Below, piece after piece: positions 1 to 7,936 of a DNA stretch of 24,000 nt; position 1 is the first letter of the stretch, and each line of letters begins with the position of its first letter. The notes under the pieces were generated by a model, which did no database searches, was not told where the DNA came from, and worked only from the letters and a program-made list of their open reading frames with translations. The DNA is from Oceanibaculum indicum P24 (GTDB lineage Bacteria > Pseudomonadota > Alphaproteobacteria > Oceanibaculales > Oceanibaculaceae), in contig NZ_AMRL01000005.1 of the NCBI RefSeq assembly GCF_000299935.1, forward strand, positions 168,523 through 192,522, given 5' to 3'. The position numbers and the translations under genes were made by a program.

Positions 1-2
1 CG

Positions 3-1151
3 CTGGAAGTCACCGCGCGGCTCGCCGGCAATGCTGCGGCCTTCACGCTGGGCGACCTGAAGCTGCGGGCTGGCACGGTGGAGGCGACGGGCAATGCTGC
101 CGTCTCGCTCTCTGCCGCACGCCCGAAGATCACCGCCAAGCTCGATGCGGGCGAAATCCAGCTCGAACCCTGGCTTCCCGATCCCGCACGCGGCGGTGGC
201 GATGCAAGGCCGGCGGCGCCCGTGCCGCTGCCGGTTTCCGGCGGCGGCTGGTCGGCTGAGCCGTTGCGCCTGACCGCCCTGCGCAGCGTCGATGCGGAGC
301 TGACCGCCACCGCCAGGACCGTCCTCTATGACGCCTACCGGGTGGAGGATGTGCTGGCGCTGGTTGCCCTGCAGGATGGCGTGCTGGATATCAGCAAGAT
401 CAACGGCACCATGTTCGGTGGCAGCATCGGCATGAATGGCCGGCTGGTCGCGGCCGATATGCCAACCGTTCGGGCCGAGTTCCAGGTGCGTAACGCCGAT
501 CTGCGCGCGGCGACCACCGCCGCCGGCCAGCCGCCGCGTGTGCGGGGGCTGCTGGATTTCGACATGCAGGTGAACGGGCGGGGCCAGAGCGAGGCAGCCA
601 TGGTCTCCTCACTGGCCGGCAATGGCCGGTTTGCTGTGCGCGAAGGCGTGGCGGAGGGCTTCGACCTGCAGAGCATCAGTGACCGGCTGGAGGAGCTGAA
701 CGATGCGGCGGCCTTCCTGACGCTCGCCCGTGCCGCCTTTGCCGGCGGCGAAACCCCGTTCCAGCGTCTGGATGGCAGCTTCACCATCACCGATGGCGTG
801 GCTCGCACCGAGGATACCCAGCTGGTCGCCAGCGCCGGCGAAGGCAAGGTGACCGGCATCGCCGACCTGCCGCGCCAGCAGGTGGATGCGACGGCGGCCT
901 TCACCCTGACCCGGCACCCCAGCGCGCCGCCCTTCAGCGCCTCAATCACAGGACCGCTTGCCGATCCGGCGGTCAATCTGCGCACGCGGGAGCTGGAGGC
1001 GTTCCTGGTCCAGCGGGCGGTGGAGCGTGGGCTGATGCGCCTGCTGCCGCCACAGCAGCAGGACAGCAGCGGTACTCAGACCGCACCGGCCTCGCCCGCC
1101 ACGCCGGCTGACAAGCTGCGCCAGATCATTCCGGAATTGCTGAAGCGCTAG
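3..1151 (+). CDS. AsmA-family protein, C-terminal part (5' end outside window)
   Basis: The frame is open from nt 3 to TAG at 1149-1151; the ORF track begins only at an internal GTG at 78. GC3 is high. The region LDGSFTITDGVARTEDTQLVASAGEGKVTGIADLP resembles the AsmA C-terminal region by recall, not by search. Confidence 0.6.
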   Translation: MEVTARLAGNAAAFTLGDLKLRAGTVEATGNAAVSLSAARPKITAKLDAGEIQLEPWLPDPARGGGDARPAAPVPLPVSGGGWSAEPLRLTALRSVDAELTATARTVLYDAYRVEDVLALVALQDGVLDISKINGTMFGGSIGMNGRLVAADMPTVRAEFQVRNADLRAATTAAGQPPRVRGLLDFDMQVNGRGQSEAAMVSSLAGNGRFAVREGVAEGFDLQSISDRLEELNDAAAFLTLARAAFAGGETPFQRLDGSFTITDGVARTEDTQLVASAGEGKVTGIADLPRQQVDATAAFTLTRHPSAPPFSASITGPLADPAVNLRTRELEAFLVQRAVERGLMRLLPPQQQDSSGTQTAPASPATPADKLRQIIPELLKR

Positions 1152-1933
1152 AGATACCCGAACCGGGCGAGGCCGGGCCTGCCGGCCTCTTCCAGCGCGG
1201 CCAGGCTGTCGGCGGGCAGGTCGCGCCAGCGCCCATGGCCGGGCCGGTGTGCGACGGCCTGCTGCGCGGCGGCGAGGCTGGCCGCGTCGATATCGGGGCG
1301 CAGCAGCCGCAGCAATTCGGCCAGCGCCGGGCTGTCCGGGGCCGTCGCGTCTTCCAGGCGCAGCAGGTGGTAGCGTTCTCCCAGCAAGGCTTCGCCGCAG
1401 GCCAGCGCTTCCAGGTTGGTTTCCGACCAGAAGCGGATCGCGGCCAGCGCCAGCGCGTCCGGTTCCTGCGGCGCGGCATGGCCGTGGCGCGCGGCGAAAT
1501 GCCGGTCGATCTGCTGGCGGTTGTCGGAAAGCGCGATGTCGCGCCCGTCGCGCACGACATGGATAAAGCGCAGGTCGGGCAAGGCCTCGGCAAGGAAGGG
1601 CAGGACAAACATCAGCCGGGGATTCTTCCAGCCCCACAGGGATGGCTGGCTGCCTTCCTCCAGGACTTTGGCGGCAACCCCACGCAGCCCTTCCAGACCG
1701 GTTGCAACCAGCGCATTCGACAGGTCTTCCAGCCGGTAATCGAGGCTGCCGGTCCGGTCCAGCACCGGGTTGATGAGGCGGTCCAGCACCGGCGGTGCAT
1801 GGCGCAGATCGCCGGCATGGTTCACTGTCGTGCCCATGAAGAAGCCGGCGGCGACCAGCGCCTCGCGGATGGCTCGTGTGCCGGAACCGCCGGTGGCGCC
1901 GATAAGGACAGGGCCCGATGCGGAGGCCGTCAT
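1148..1933 (-). CDS. sulfotransferase family protein
   Basis: 261 aa. It has an N-terminal GATGGSGTR (PAPS 5'-phosphosulfate-binding-like loop), WGWKNPR, and HVVRDGRD (3'-phosphate-binding-like motif). Its ATG overlaps the stop of the upstream ABC ATPase gene (ATGA at 1930-1933). Confidence 0.6.
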   Translation of the reverse strand: MTASASGPVLIGATGGSGTRAIREALVAAGFFMGTTVNHAGDLRHAPPVLDRLINPVLDRTGSLDYRLEDLSNALVATGLEGLRGVAAKVLEEGSQPSLWGWKNPRLMFVLPFLAEALPDLRFIHVVRDGRDIALSDNRQQIDRHFAARHGHAAPQEPDALALAAIRFWSETNLEALACGEALLGERYHLLRLEDATAPDSPALAELLRLLRPDIDAASLAAAQQAVAHRPGHGRWRDLPADSLAALEEAGRPGLARFGYL

Positions 1934-2712
1934 ACCGCCAGTTCCGCCGCGCGCAGGCTCTCGTCACGCACCAGGTCGGTCAACTGCGCCTTCAGGGCAG
2001 AGAATTCAGGCGTGGTGCGGATGTGGTAGTCGCGCGGCCGCGGCAGGTCGATGGGGATTTCCGCCTTGATCGTACCGGGACGCGCGGTCAGCACGACGAC
2101 ACGGCCGGCCAGGAAGATCGCCTCCTCGATGTCGTGGGTGACGAACAGCACGGTCTTGCGGTTGCGCTCCCACACCGCCAGCAGCAGTTCCTGCATCAGG
2201 CTGCGGGTCTGGGTGTCGAGCGCGCCGAACGGTTCGTCCAGCAGCATCACGCTTGGGTCAGGTGCCAGCGCGCGGGCCAGGGCGACGCGCTGCTGCATGC
2301 CGCCGGACAGCGCCTTCGGATAGTGCCCGGCAAAATTCTCCAGCCCGATCTGGGCCAGCAGTTCGTCGGCCCGCCGCCGGGCGTCGTTGCGGCTGATGCC
2401 CTGCTCGATCAGGCCGAAGGCGACATTGTCGCGCACGGTCAGCCAGGGGTAGAGGGCCGGCTGCTGGAACACCATGCCACGCTCCGGTCCCGGCTTCTCG
2501 ACCGGCTGTCCATCCAGCAGGATGGCCCCGCCATCGGGATGGTCCAGACCGGCCGCCATGCGCAGGAGGGTGGACTTACCGCAGCCCGAGGGGCCAAGCA
2601 GCGCCACGAACTCGCCCTCGCCGACGGTGAGATCGACCGGGCGCAGCGCCTCGACCGTGCCGTCGCGTCCGCGAAAGATCCGGCTGACGCCGGCGATCTC
2701 AAGCCTGCCCAT
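1930..2712 (-). CDS. ABC transporter ATP-binding protein (NitT/TauT-type, SsuB/TauB-like)
   Basis: Walker A GPSGCGKST, signature LSGGMQQR, Walker B MLLDEPFGALD and H-loop VTHD are present. There is no fused membrane domain. Confidence 0.9.
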   Translation of the reverse strand: MGRLEIAGVSRIFRGRDGTVEALRPVDLTVGEGEFVALLGPSGCGKSTLLRMAAGLDHPDGGAILLDGQPVEKPGPERGMVFQQPALYPWLTVRDNVAFGLIEQGISRNDARRRADELLAQIGLENFAGHYPKALSGGMQQRVALARALAPDPSVMLLDEPFGALDTQTRSLMQELLLAVWERNRKTVLFVTHDIEEAIFLAGRVVVLTARPGTIKAEIPIDLPRPRDYHIRTTPEFSALKAQLTDLVRDESLRAAELAV

Positions 2713-2726
2713 CGTTACTTGAAATA

Positions 2727-2993
2727 TCAGACCAGGAAATTCAGATAGGAACCGCGCGGGGCGTCCATATCGATCTCGTCGGCCGCCAGCAGGCGCCCCA
2801 GCCGGGCAAGCTGCCGGCCAATCTCGGTATCGTCAATGGCGGTACGCAGGATGGAACGGCGCTGCGGTCGTTCGCGCGGGCCTTCCAGCAGGGCGTCCGG
2901 GCGCGGCTGCGCGCCCTGGCCGCGCTGAATCCGGTTGCCGGCCTGGCCTGATGCCTGGCCGCCGATGCGGGGGCCGGTTGGGTTGATCGCCAT
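2727..2993 (-). CDS. hypothetical small protein (88 aa), with a G/Q/P/R-rich N-terminal half and a helical C-terminal half
   Basis: I chose the internal ATG at 2993 because GAAGGAGAGAGCG precedes it as a strong SD; the track start at 3041 has none. GC3 is high throughout. The stop lies 14 nt before the ABC ATPase start. I recognise no family. Confidence 0.5.
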   Translation of the reverse strand: MAINPTGPRIGGQASGQAGNRIQRGQGAQPRPDALLEGPRERPQRRSILRTAIDDTEIGRQLARLGRLLAADEIDMDAPRGSYLNFLV

Positions 2994-3181
2994 CGCTCTC
3001 TCCTTCGCCGCCGGGCCTTCGCAACCTGGCGCGACGCTCAAGCGGGATTATGCCTGCAAAAGCCTGGAAATTGAAGGGTCGGCGATTGCAGACCCGGTTT
3101 TCGCTGCGCGGCTATCGTCTGTCAGGTGCGCGGGTGTAAGCTGCGGCACGGTTATCCGGAACGGATACCAGAAGGGATGTC

Positions 3182-3919
3182 ATGAATATTCTCGTCGTGC
3201 AGAACTATCCCGGCTCGCCGCCCGGCCAGCTTGGCGACAGCATGCTCGCCCGCGGCGCCACCCTGCATGAGGTGCATCCGCTGGCGGGTGAGAAGCTGCC
3301 CGCCGGTCACGATCCGTTCGATGGCGCGCTGATCCTCGGCGGGGCGCAAAGTGCCGCCGACGATGCCGGCAACCCCTATTACGCCGAGCTGCTGCCGCTG
3401 CTGCGCGGGTTCCACGAAGCCGGCAAGCCGCTGCTCGGCATCTGTCTCGGCTCGCAGCTTATGGCCCGGGTTTTCGGCAAGCGGGTCCATCGCCACAGCC
3501 ATGTCGAGTTCGGCTTCCATCCGCTGTCCCTGACGGAGGCGGGCCGTGCCGACCCGCTGTTCGCCGGCCTGCCGGCCACACCGCATCTCATGGAGTTTCA
3601 CGAGGATACGTTCGAGCTGCCGGACGAGGCGGTGCTGCTGATGACGGGTGAGGGCTGCCGCAACCAGGCCTACCGGGTGGGCGAGACAGCCTATGCCTTT
3701 CAGTGCCATATCGAGGTGACGCGCGATATTCTGGACCACTGGGCGGTCGAGCCGGCCTCGCTTGCCGCCAATGGTGGGGCCGATCCGGTGCAGCGCCTGC
3801 AGCGCGAGATGGAGGCGCATCTGGAGGCCTCGCTGGGTTTTGCCGACACGGTCGCCGTCCGTTGGCTGGAGCTTGCGGCGCGGGTGCGGCAACGCGATGG
3901 CTTGCGCAAATCCGCGTAA
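3182..3919 (+). CDS. class I glutamine amidotransferase-like protein
   Basis: It has the nucleophile elbow GICLGSQL and the His/Glu pair in FQCHIE. AAGGGA lies upstream of the ATG as an SD. Confidence 0.75.
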   Translation: MNILVVQNYPGSPPGQLGDSMLARGATLHEVHPLAGEKLPAGHDPFDGALILGGAQSAADDAGNPYYAELLPLLRGFHEAGKPLLGICLGSQLMARVFGKRVHRHSHVEFGFHPLSLTEAGRADPLFAGLPATPHLMEFHEDTFELPDEAVLLMTGEGCRNQAYRVGETAYAFQCHIEVTRDILDHWAVEPASLAANGGADPVQRLQREMEAHLEASLGFADTVAVRWLELAARVRQRDGLRKSA

Positions 3920-3962
3920 TGCGAAACTCTATCCGCAATACGGAACACGGGATACGAGCCGA

Positions 3963-4322
3963 ATGATGGAACGGGTGAGGTCGCTGTTTCGCGCAACGCG
4001 CCTGACGAACCGGCGGCGGCATCCCCGCTATCCTGTCAGTGCCAGTGTCGAGATTCTGCATCAGGGCAATGCCGGTCGCGATGCGGAGATCACCGATGTG
4101 TCGGCTGGTGGCGCGCTGCTGATCCCGACCCTGAGCATCGAGCCGGGGCAGGAGATCGAAATCTATCATCCCGGTTCGACGATGCGGGTCAGCGCGCAGG
4201 TGATCGCCAACGATGCGGAGGGCACGCGCGTCCGCTTCCTGTCCGAAGGGGCGGGGGCCATTGTCTCGGTCTGGCTGCGCGGGTTGCATGCGCGCCCGGT
4301 GGCCGATGGGCAGGCCGGCTGA
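3963..4322 (+). CDS. stand-alone PilZ domain protein (putative c-di-GMP receptor)
   Basis: It has RRRHPR (RxxxR) and DVSAGG (D/NxSxxG) motifs at canonical spacing. I set the start at the ATG at 3963 because the track start at 3762 overlaps the preceding gene out of frame. Confidence 0.8.
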   Translation: MMERVRSLFRATRLTNRRRHPRYPVSASVEILHQGNAGRDAEITDVSAGGALLIPTLSIEPGQEIEIYHPGSTMRVSAQVIANDAEGTRVRFLSEGAGAIVSVWLRGLHARPVADGQAG

Positions 4323-4455
4323 CGGCTGACCGGGCGTTTGCAGGCCAGCTCTTCACAGGAATGTGAACAGTGCCTTTGGCACGATTCCGCGCTTTGTCGC
4401 AGAACTGCCCCAAGGGCCTCTTATTTTCGACATGATTAGACATAATATTTAGGTT

Positions 4456-4583
4456 GTAGACGCCAACACAGCCCCTCCGGCGTCTGCGATTAGGCCGCAC
4501 GGAAACCCCTTCCCCAAGCGGCCATGACCCAAAGCCCCCTCGGGCGGTGCCAATTCCCCGCTGGCACCGCCCGATTTCTTTTT
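4456..4583 (+). ncRNA. candidate small RNA with three hairpins, C-rich loops and an intrinsic terminator
   Basis: There is no credible ORF here. An AT-rich TAATAT lies at 4443-4448. Hairpins span 4456-4487, 4493-4523 and 4540-4574, with loops containing CCCCUCC, CCCCUUCCCC and UUCCCC. A U-tract follows at 4575-4583. The 5' end is inferred only. Confidence 0.4.
4540..4583 (+). terminator. Rho-independent terminator
   Basis: A perfect 13-bp stem TCGGGCGGTGCCA/TGGCACCGCCCGA with a 9-nt loop is followed by TTTCTTTTT. Confidence 0.8.
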
Positions 4584-4686
4584 GGGCCCTTCCTGCATCT
4601 GGGCAGCCCTGCGGGCGGCGGGCCTTCACACGGGCCGGGCGCAGGGCTATGAAGTCTCCTTCGCTATGCAAGGGAGCCCGCACCGC

Positions 4687-6474
4687 ATGTTCACCACCCG
4701 CCCGGAAATTCTCGGCACCTTCGGTGTCGTTGCCTCCACCCACTGGCTGGCCAGCGCCACCGGCATGGCGATCCTGGAAAAGGGCGGTAACGCCTTCGAC
4801 GCCGGCGTGGCGACCGGCTTCGCCCTGCAGGTCGTGGAACCGCACCTGAACGGCCCGGGCGGCGAGGTGCCGATCATCCTGTATGACCGCAAGGTCGGCG
4901 CGATGGAGGTGATCTGCGGTCAGGGCGTCTCTCCGGCCGCCGCCACAATGGACTATTACCGCTCGCTGGGATTCGACCTGGTGCCCGGTACCGGCCTGCT
5001 GGCCGCCACCGTGCCTGGCGCCTTCGATGCCTGGATGCTGATGCTGCGCGACCACGGCACGATGACGCTGGAGGAGGTGCTGACCCCTGCCATCGCGATG
5101 GCGGAGAATGGCTATCCGGTGGTGCCGAACATCACCAAGACGGTGGATACGGTGCGCGAGCTGTTCGCCACCGAATGGACCACCTCCGCCGCGCTTTATC
5201 TGAAGGACGGCAAGGCGCCGCAGCCGGGCAGCATCTTCCGCAATGTGAAGATGGCCGAGATGTACAAGCGCGTGCTGGCCGAGGCGAAGGCGGCCGGCGG
5301 CGACCGCGTGAAGCAGATCGAGGCGGCGCGCGCCACCTGGTACAAGGGCTTCGTGGCCGAGGCCATCGAGAAATTCTGCGCCTCGACCGCCGCGATCGAC
5401 GATTCCGGCCGGCGCAACAATGGCATCCTGACCGCCGAGGATATGGCGTCCTGGCAGGCGAACAAGGAGAAGCCGACCACCATCGACTATGGCCGCTATA
5501 CGGTCGGCGTCATCCCGCCCTGGAGCCAGGGGCCGGTGCTGGCGCAGCAGCTGGCCCTGCTGAAGGGCTACGACCTTGACAAGACCGACCCGACCGGGCC
5601 GGACTTCCTGCATCTGTTCATTGAGACGATGAAGCTGGCGATGGCCGACCGCGAGGCGTTCTACGCCGATTCGGCGCAGGTCGAGGTGCCGATGGAGACG
5701 CTGCTGTCGGAGGCGTACAACACTGAACGCCGCAAGCTTATCGGCGATACTGCCTCGAAGGAGCCGCTGCCGGGCAGCGTGCCGAGCCTCACCCGCTGGA
5801 TGGATACGGAGGCGCACAAGCGCCTGGGCCGAGCGCCGGAATACGCCAAATTCTCCATCGGCGAGCCGACCGTGCGCCGTGACGGCAACACCGCCGGCGA
5901 CACCTGCCATTTCGACATCATCGACCGCTGGGGCAACATGGTTTCCGCCACGCCCAGCGGCGGCTGGCTGCAATCCAGCCCGACCATCCCGGAACTGGGC
6001 TTCTGCCTCACCAACCGCATGCAGATGTTCTGGCTGAACGAGCAGTCGGCCGCCGCGCTGGCGCCGAAGCGCCGGCCGCGCACCACGCTGACCGCCAACA
6101 TGGCGCTGCGCGATGGCGAGCCCTACATGGCCTTCGGCACGCCGGGCGGCGACCAGCAGCCGCAATGGTCCGCGCTGCTGTTCCTGCATCACGCGCATCA
6201 CGGCATGAACCTGCAGGAATCCATCGACTGCCCGGCGCTGCATGTCGATCATCTTGTGAATTCCTTCTGGCCGCGCGCGGCGAAGTGGAACCATGTCCAG
6301 GTCGAGGGCCGGATTCCGGCTGCGACGGTCGAGGAACTGCGCCGGCGCGGGCATGACGTCACCGTGGGCGGCGACTGGTCGGAAGGCCGGCTGACGGCGG
6401 CAGCACAGACGGACGGGCTGGTGAAGGCAGCCGCCAATCCGCGCGGCATGCAGGGTTATGCCGTCGGTCGCTGA
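4687..6474 (+). CDS. gamma-glutamyltransferase family protein
   Basis: GVVASTHWLAS and LNGPGGEVP are near the N-terminus, and GDTCHFDIIDRWGNMVS gives the autoprocessing/catalytic Thr context. The ATG at 4687 has AGGGAG 10 nt upstream; 4666 is an alternative start. The track's TTG at 4582 would begin inside the terminator U-tract. Confidence 0.85.
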   Translation: MFTTRPEILGTFGVVASTHWLASATGMAILEKGGNAFDAGVATGFALQVVEPHLNGPGGEVPIILYDRKVGAMEVICGQGVSPAAATMDYYRSLGFDLVPGTGLLAATVPGAFDAWMLMLRDHGTMTLEEVLTPAIAMAENGYPVVPNITKTVDTVRELFATEWTTSAALYLKDGKAPQPGSIFRNVKMAEMYKRVLAEAKAAGGDRVKQIEAARATWYKGFVAEAIEKFCASTAAIDDSGRRNNGILTAEDMASWQANKEKPTTIDYGRYTVGVIPPWSQGPVLAQQLALLKGYDLDKTDPTGPDFLHLFIETMKLAMADREAFYADSAQVEVPMETLLSEAYNTERRKLIGDTASKEPLPGSVPSLTRWMDTEAHKRLGRAPEYAKFSIGEPTVRRDGNTAGDTCHFDIIDRWGNMVSATPSGGWLQSSPTIPELGFCLTNRMQMFWLNEQSAAALAPKRRPRTTLTANMALRDGEPYMAFGTPGGDQQPQWSALLFLHHAHHGMNLQESIDCPALHVDHLVNSFWPRAAKWNHVQVEGRIPAATVEELRRRGHDVTVGGDWSEGRLTAAAQTDGLVKAAANPRGMQGYAVGR

Positions 6475-6587
6475 GCCGAAATTGCAGGGGTAAAATTGGC
6501 GGGCAGGGCGGTCGCTAGCGATTGCCTTGCCTGTGCCCTTCGCGGATACTGGCCGTAATCATAATACGGCTATAGCGAGACCATCCG

Positions 6588-6872
6588 ATGGCGGCGACGA
6601 GTAATCCCGCGCTTGCCCTGCTTGCGAAGAGCATCGCCGATGTGGTGGGTGCCAACAGCGAGCTGTATCGCGACGTGCTGCGCGCCGTCGAATCGGACGA
6701 GTATGTGGACATCATGCTGGCGCAGGCCTCCTTCGATACGCTATCCGGCGAGATCAAGCGGGAGATATCGGACCGCGTGGACGATCTTGTCGCCCAGTAT
6801 CTGGCCAAGGGGCAGTCGGTGGAGGAGATGGCGGAAGCACTGGCGGAAGATCTGCCGGATGGCATGGCCTGA
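6588..6872 (+). CDS. hypothetical acidic small protein (94 aa)
   Basis: Codon usage is good and GC3 is high. It ends 27 nt before the FliL-like gene on the same strand. I recognise no family. Confidence 0.55.
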   Translation: MAATSNPALALLAKSIADVVGANSELYRDVLRAVESDEYVDIMLAQASFDTLSGEIKREISDRVDDLVAQYLAKGQSVEEMAEALAEDLPDGMA

Positions 6873-6899
6873 TAATGCCGAAGCCTGTATCCTGACCCC

Positions 6900-7409
6900 A
6901 TGAGCGATGAACTCGGTACCGAGGCTGGCGGCGCACCGGAAGTAAAGAAGCTTCCGGTCGGCAAGCTGATCCTGCTGATCCTGCTGCCCATCCTGCTGAT
7001 CGTGGGCGCTGCGGCGGGGCTGTTCCTCACCGGCATGATCGGCGGCAAGAAGACGGCGGCGCCGACCGCTACTCAGGAAGCCCCGCCACCGCCCAAGCTG
7101 AGCGGCGGGCACTACACGTCGCTTTCGGATTTCATCCTGACGCTGCGGACCGAAAACGGCGAGCCGAGGGTCGTGATGGTGACGATCAGCCTGCAGCTCA
7201 GCAGCCAGGAACAGAACGCCATCGTGAAGGCGGGCGATGCGCGGCTGCGCGATTCCATCAACATGCTGCTGAGCGAGCAGCCGTTGCAGAATTATTCCGA
7301 TCCGAGCCAGCTGAACAATCTGCGCAGCAAGCTGGCCGAGGAGATCAAGCGGGTCCTGCCGAATCTCAATCTATTGGGCGTGCACCTGACCCGTGTGCGT
7401 GTGCAGTAG
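6900..7409 (+). CDS. fliL: flagellar basal body-associated protein FliL-like
   Basis: It has a single N-terminal TM helix (LILLILLPILLIVGAAAGLFL). The C-terminal pattern is FliL-like: Y-x-L-x-F-x-L...V-x-ISLQL...LRDSINMLLS...LRSKLAEEI...V-x-LT-x-V-x-VQ. Confidence 0.7.
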   Translation: MSDELGTEAGGAPEVKKLPVGKLILLILLPILLIVGAAAGLFLTGMIGGKKTAAPTATQEAPPPPKLSGGHYTSLSDFILTLRTENGEPRVVMVTISLQLSSQEQNAIVKAGDARLRDSINMLLSEQPLQNYSDPSQLNNLRSKLAEEIKRVLPNLNLLGVHLTRVRVQ

Positions 7410-7429
7410 AGTTTACGGCTTCATCCCCC

Positions 7430-7876
7430 TCAGGGCTTCATCTCATAGGTGATCCACATGCTGCGCGTCGCCTTGCGGTCATAGACGCCGCGTGCCCGGT
7501 AATTATTGTCGGCGGTGATCCAGCGTATGACCGGCCAGCCGCGCTCCGCGGCAATCGCGTTCAGCGCGTCCAGCAGCTTGTCGGCAGCGCCGCTGCCGCG
7601 CACATCGGGATCGACGAACAGATCGTCCAGGAAACCGGCATAGGCGCCGCGCAGCGGGCTCGGCATGGCGCGGAAATGCGCAAGACCGATCACACGACCG
7701 GTGGCATCGCGGGCGACCAGCGCCTCCTGCACATGGTCGGCATCGTGCAGCCAGCCCCAGACACGTTCCGCCGTCTCGTCCGTCATCGGCATCTTGTAGA
7801 AGGCGGCATAGCCATTATAGAGCCGGCGCCAGTCGGCCTTGTCGCTGTCCTTCAGGCGGTCGATGGTCACGGACAT
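7430..7876 (-). CDS. GNAT family N-acetyltransferase
   Basis: LFVDPDVRGSGAADKLL is an acetyl-CoA-binding-type motif. I chose the ATG at 7876 because AAGGGAGAAAGCGAA precedes it as an SD. Confidence 0.75.
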   Translation of the reverse strand: MSVTIDRLKDSDKADWRRLYNGYAAFYKMPMTDETAERVWGWLHDADHVQEALVARDATGRVIGLAHFRAMPSPLRGAYAGFLDDLFVDPDVRGSGAADKLLDALNAIAAERGWPVIRWITADNNYRARGVYDRKATRSMWITYEMKP

Positions 7877-7936
7877 TTCGCTTTCTCCCTTGGCTGGAGC
7901 AGGCACGCTAGCGCCCGGCAAACACAGGGAAAAGCC

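Noticed and set aside
942-1967. A 341-aa minus-strand ORF, plus several other nested ORFs between 335 and 2069
   Set aside because: These are off-frame or antisense to the AsmA-family and sulfotransferase genes, with P/R/A-rich composition.
2727-2993. Possible FlgM anti-sigma factor call for the 88-aa protein
   Set aside because: Only the size and the disordered, Gly-rich N-terminus are reminiscent. I could not see the conserved FlgM C-terminal sigma-28-binding pattern, and there is no flagellar context. I left it as hypothetical.
4352-4367. TTCACA-GGAA-TGTGAA inverted repeat after the PilZ gene, considered as a CRP/FNR-type site
   Set aside because: The arm order is inverted relative to TGTGA-N6-TCACA and the spacing is wrong. 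It is more likely a small AU-rich 3' hairpin of no clear significance.
4189-6354. A 721-aa ORF on the minus strand, the longest in the track
   Set aside because: It lies antisense to the well-supported GGT-family gene. Its translation is R/G/A/H-rich with no motifs, which marks it as a high-GC shadow ORF.
6508-6525. Palindrome GCGGTCGCTAGCGATTGC downstream of the GGT-family gene
   Set aside because: It could form a hairpin, but there is no U-tract. I did not call it a terminator.
6515-7048. A 177-aa Ser-rich ORF on the minus strand
   Set aside because: It lies antisense to the 94-aa and FliL-like genes. Extreme S/R content is typical of the reverse frame of an acidic or GC3-rich gene.
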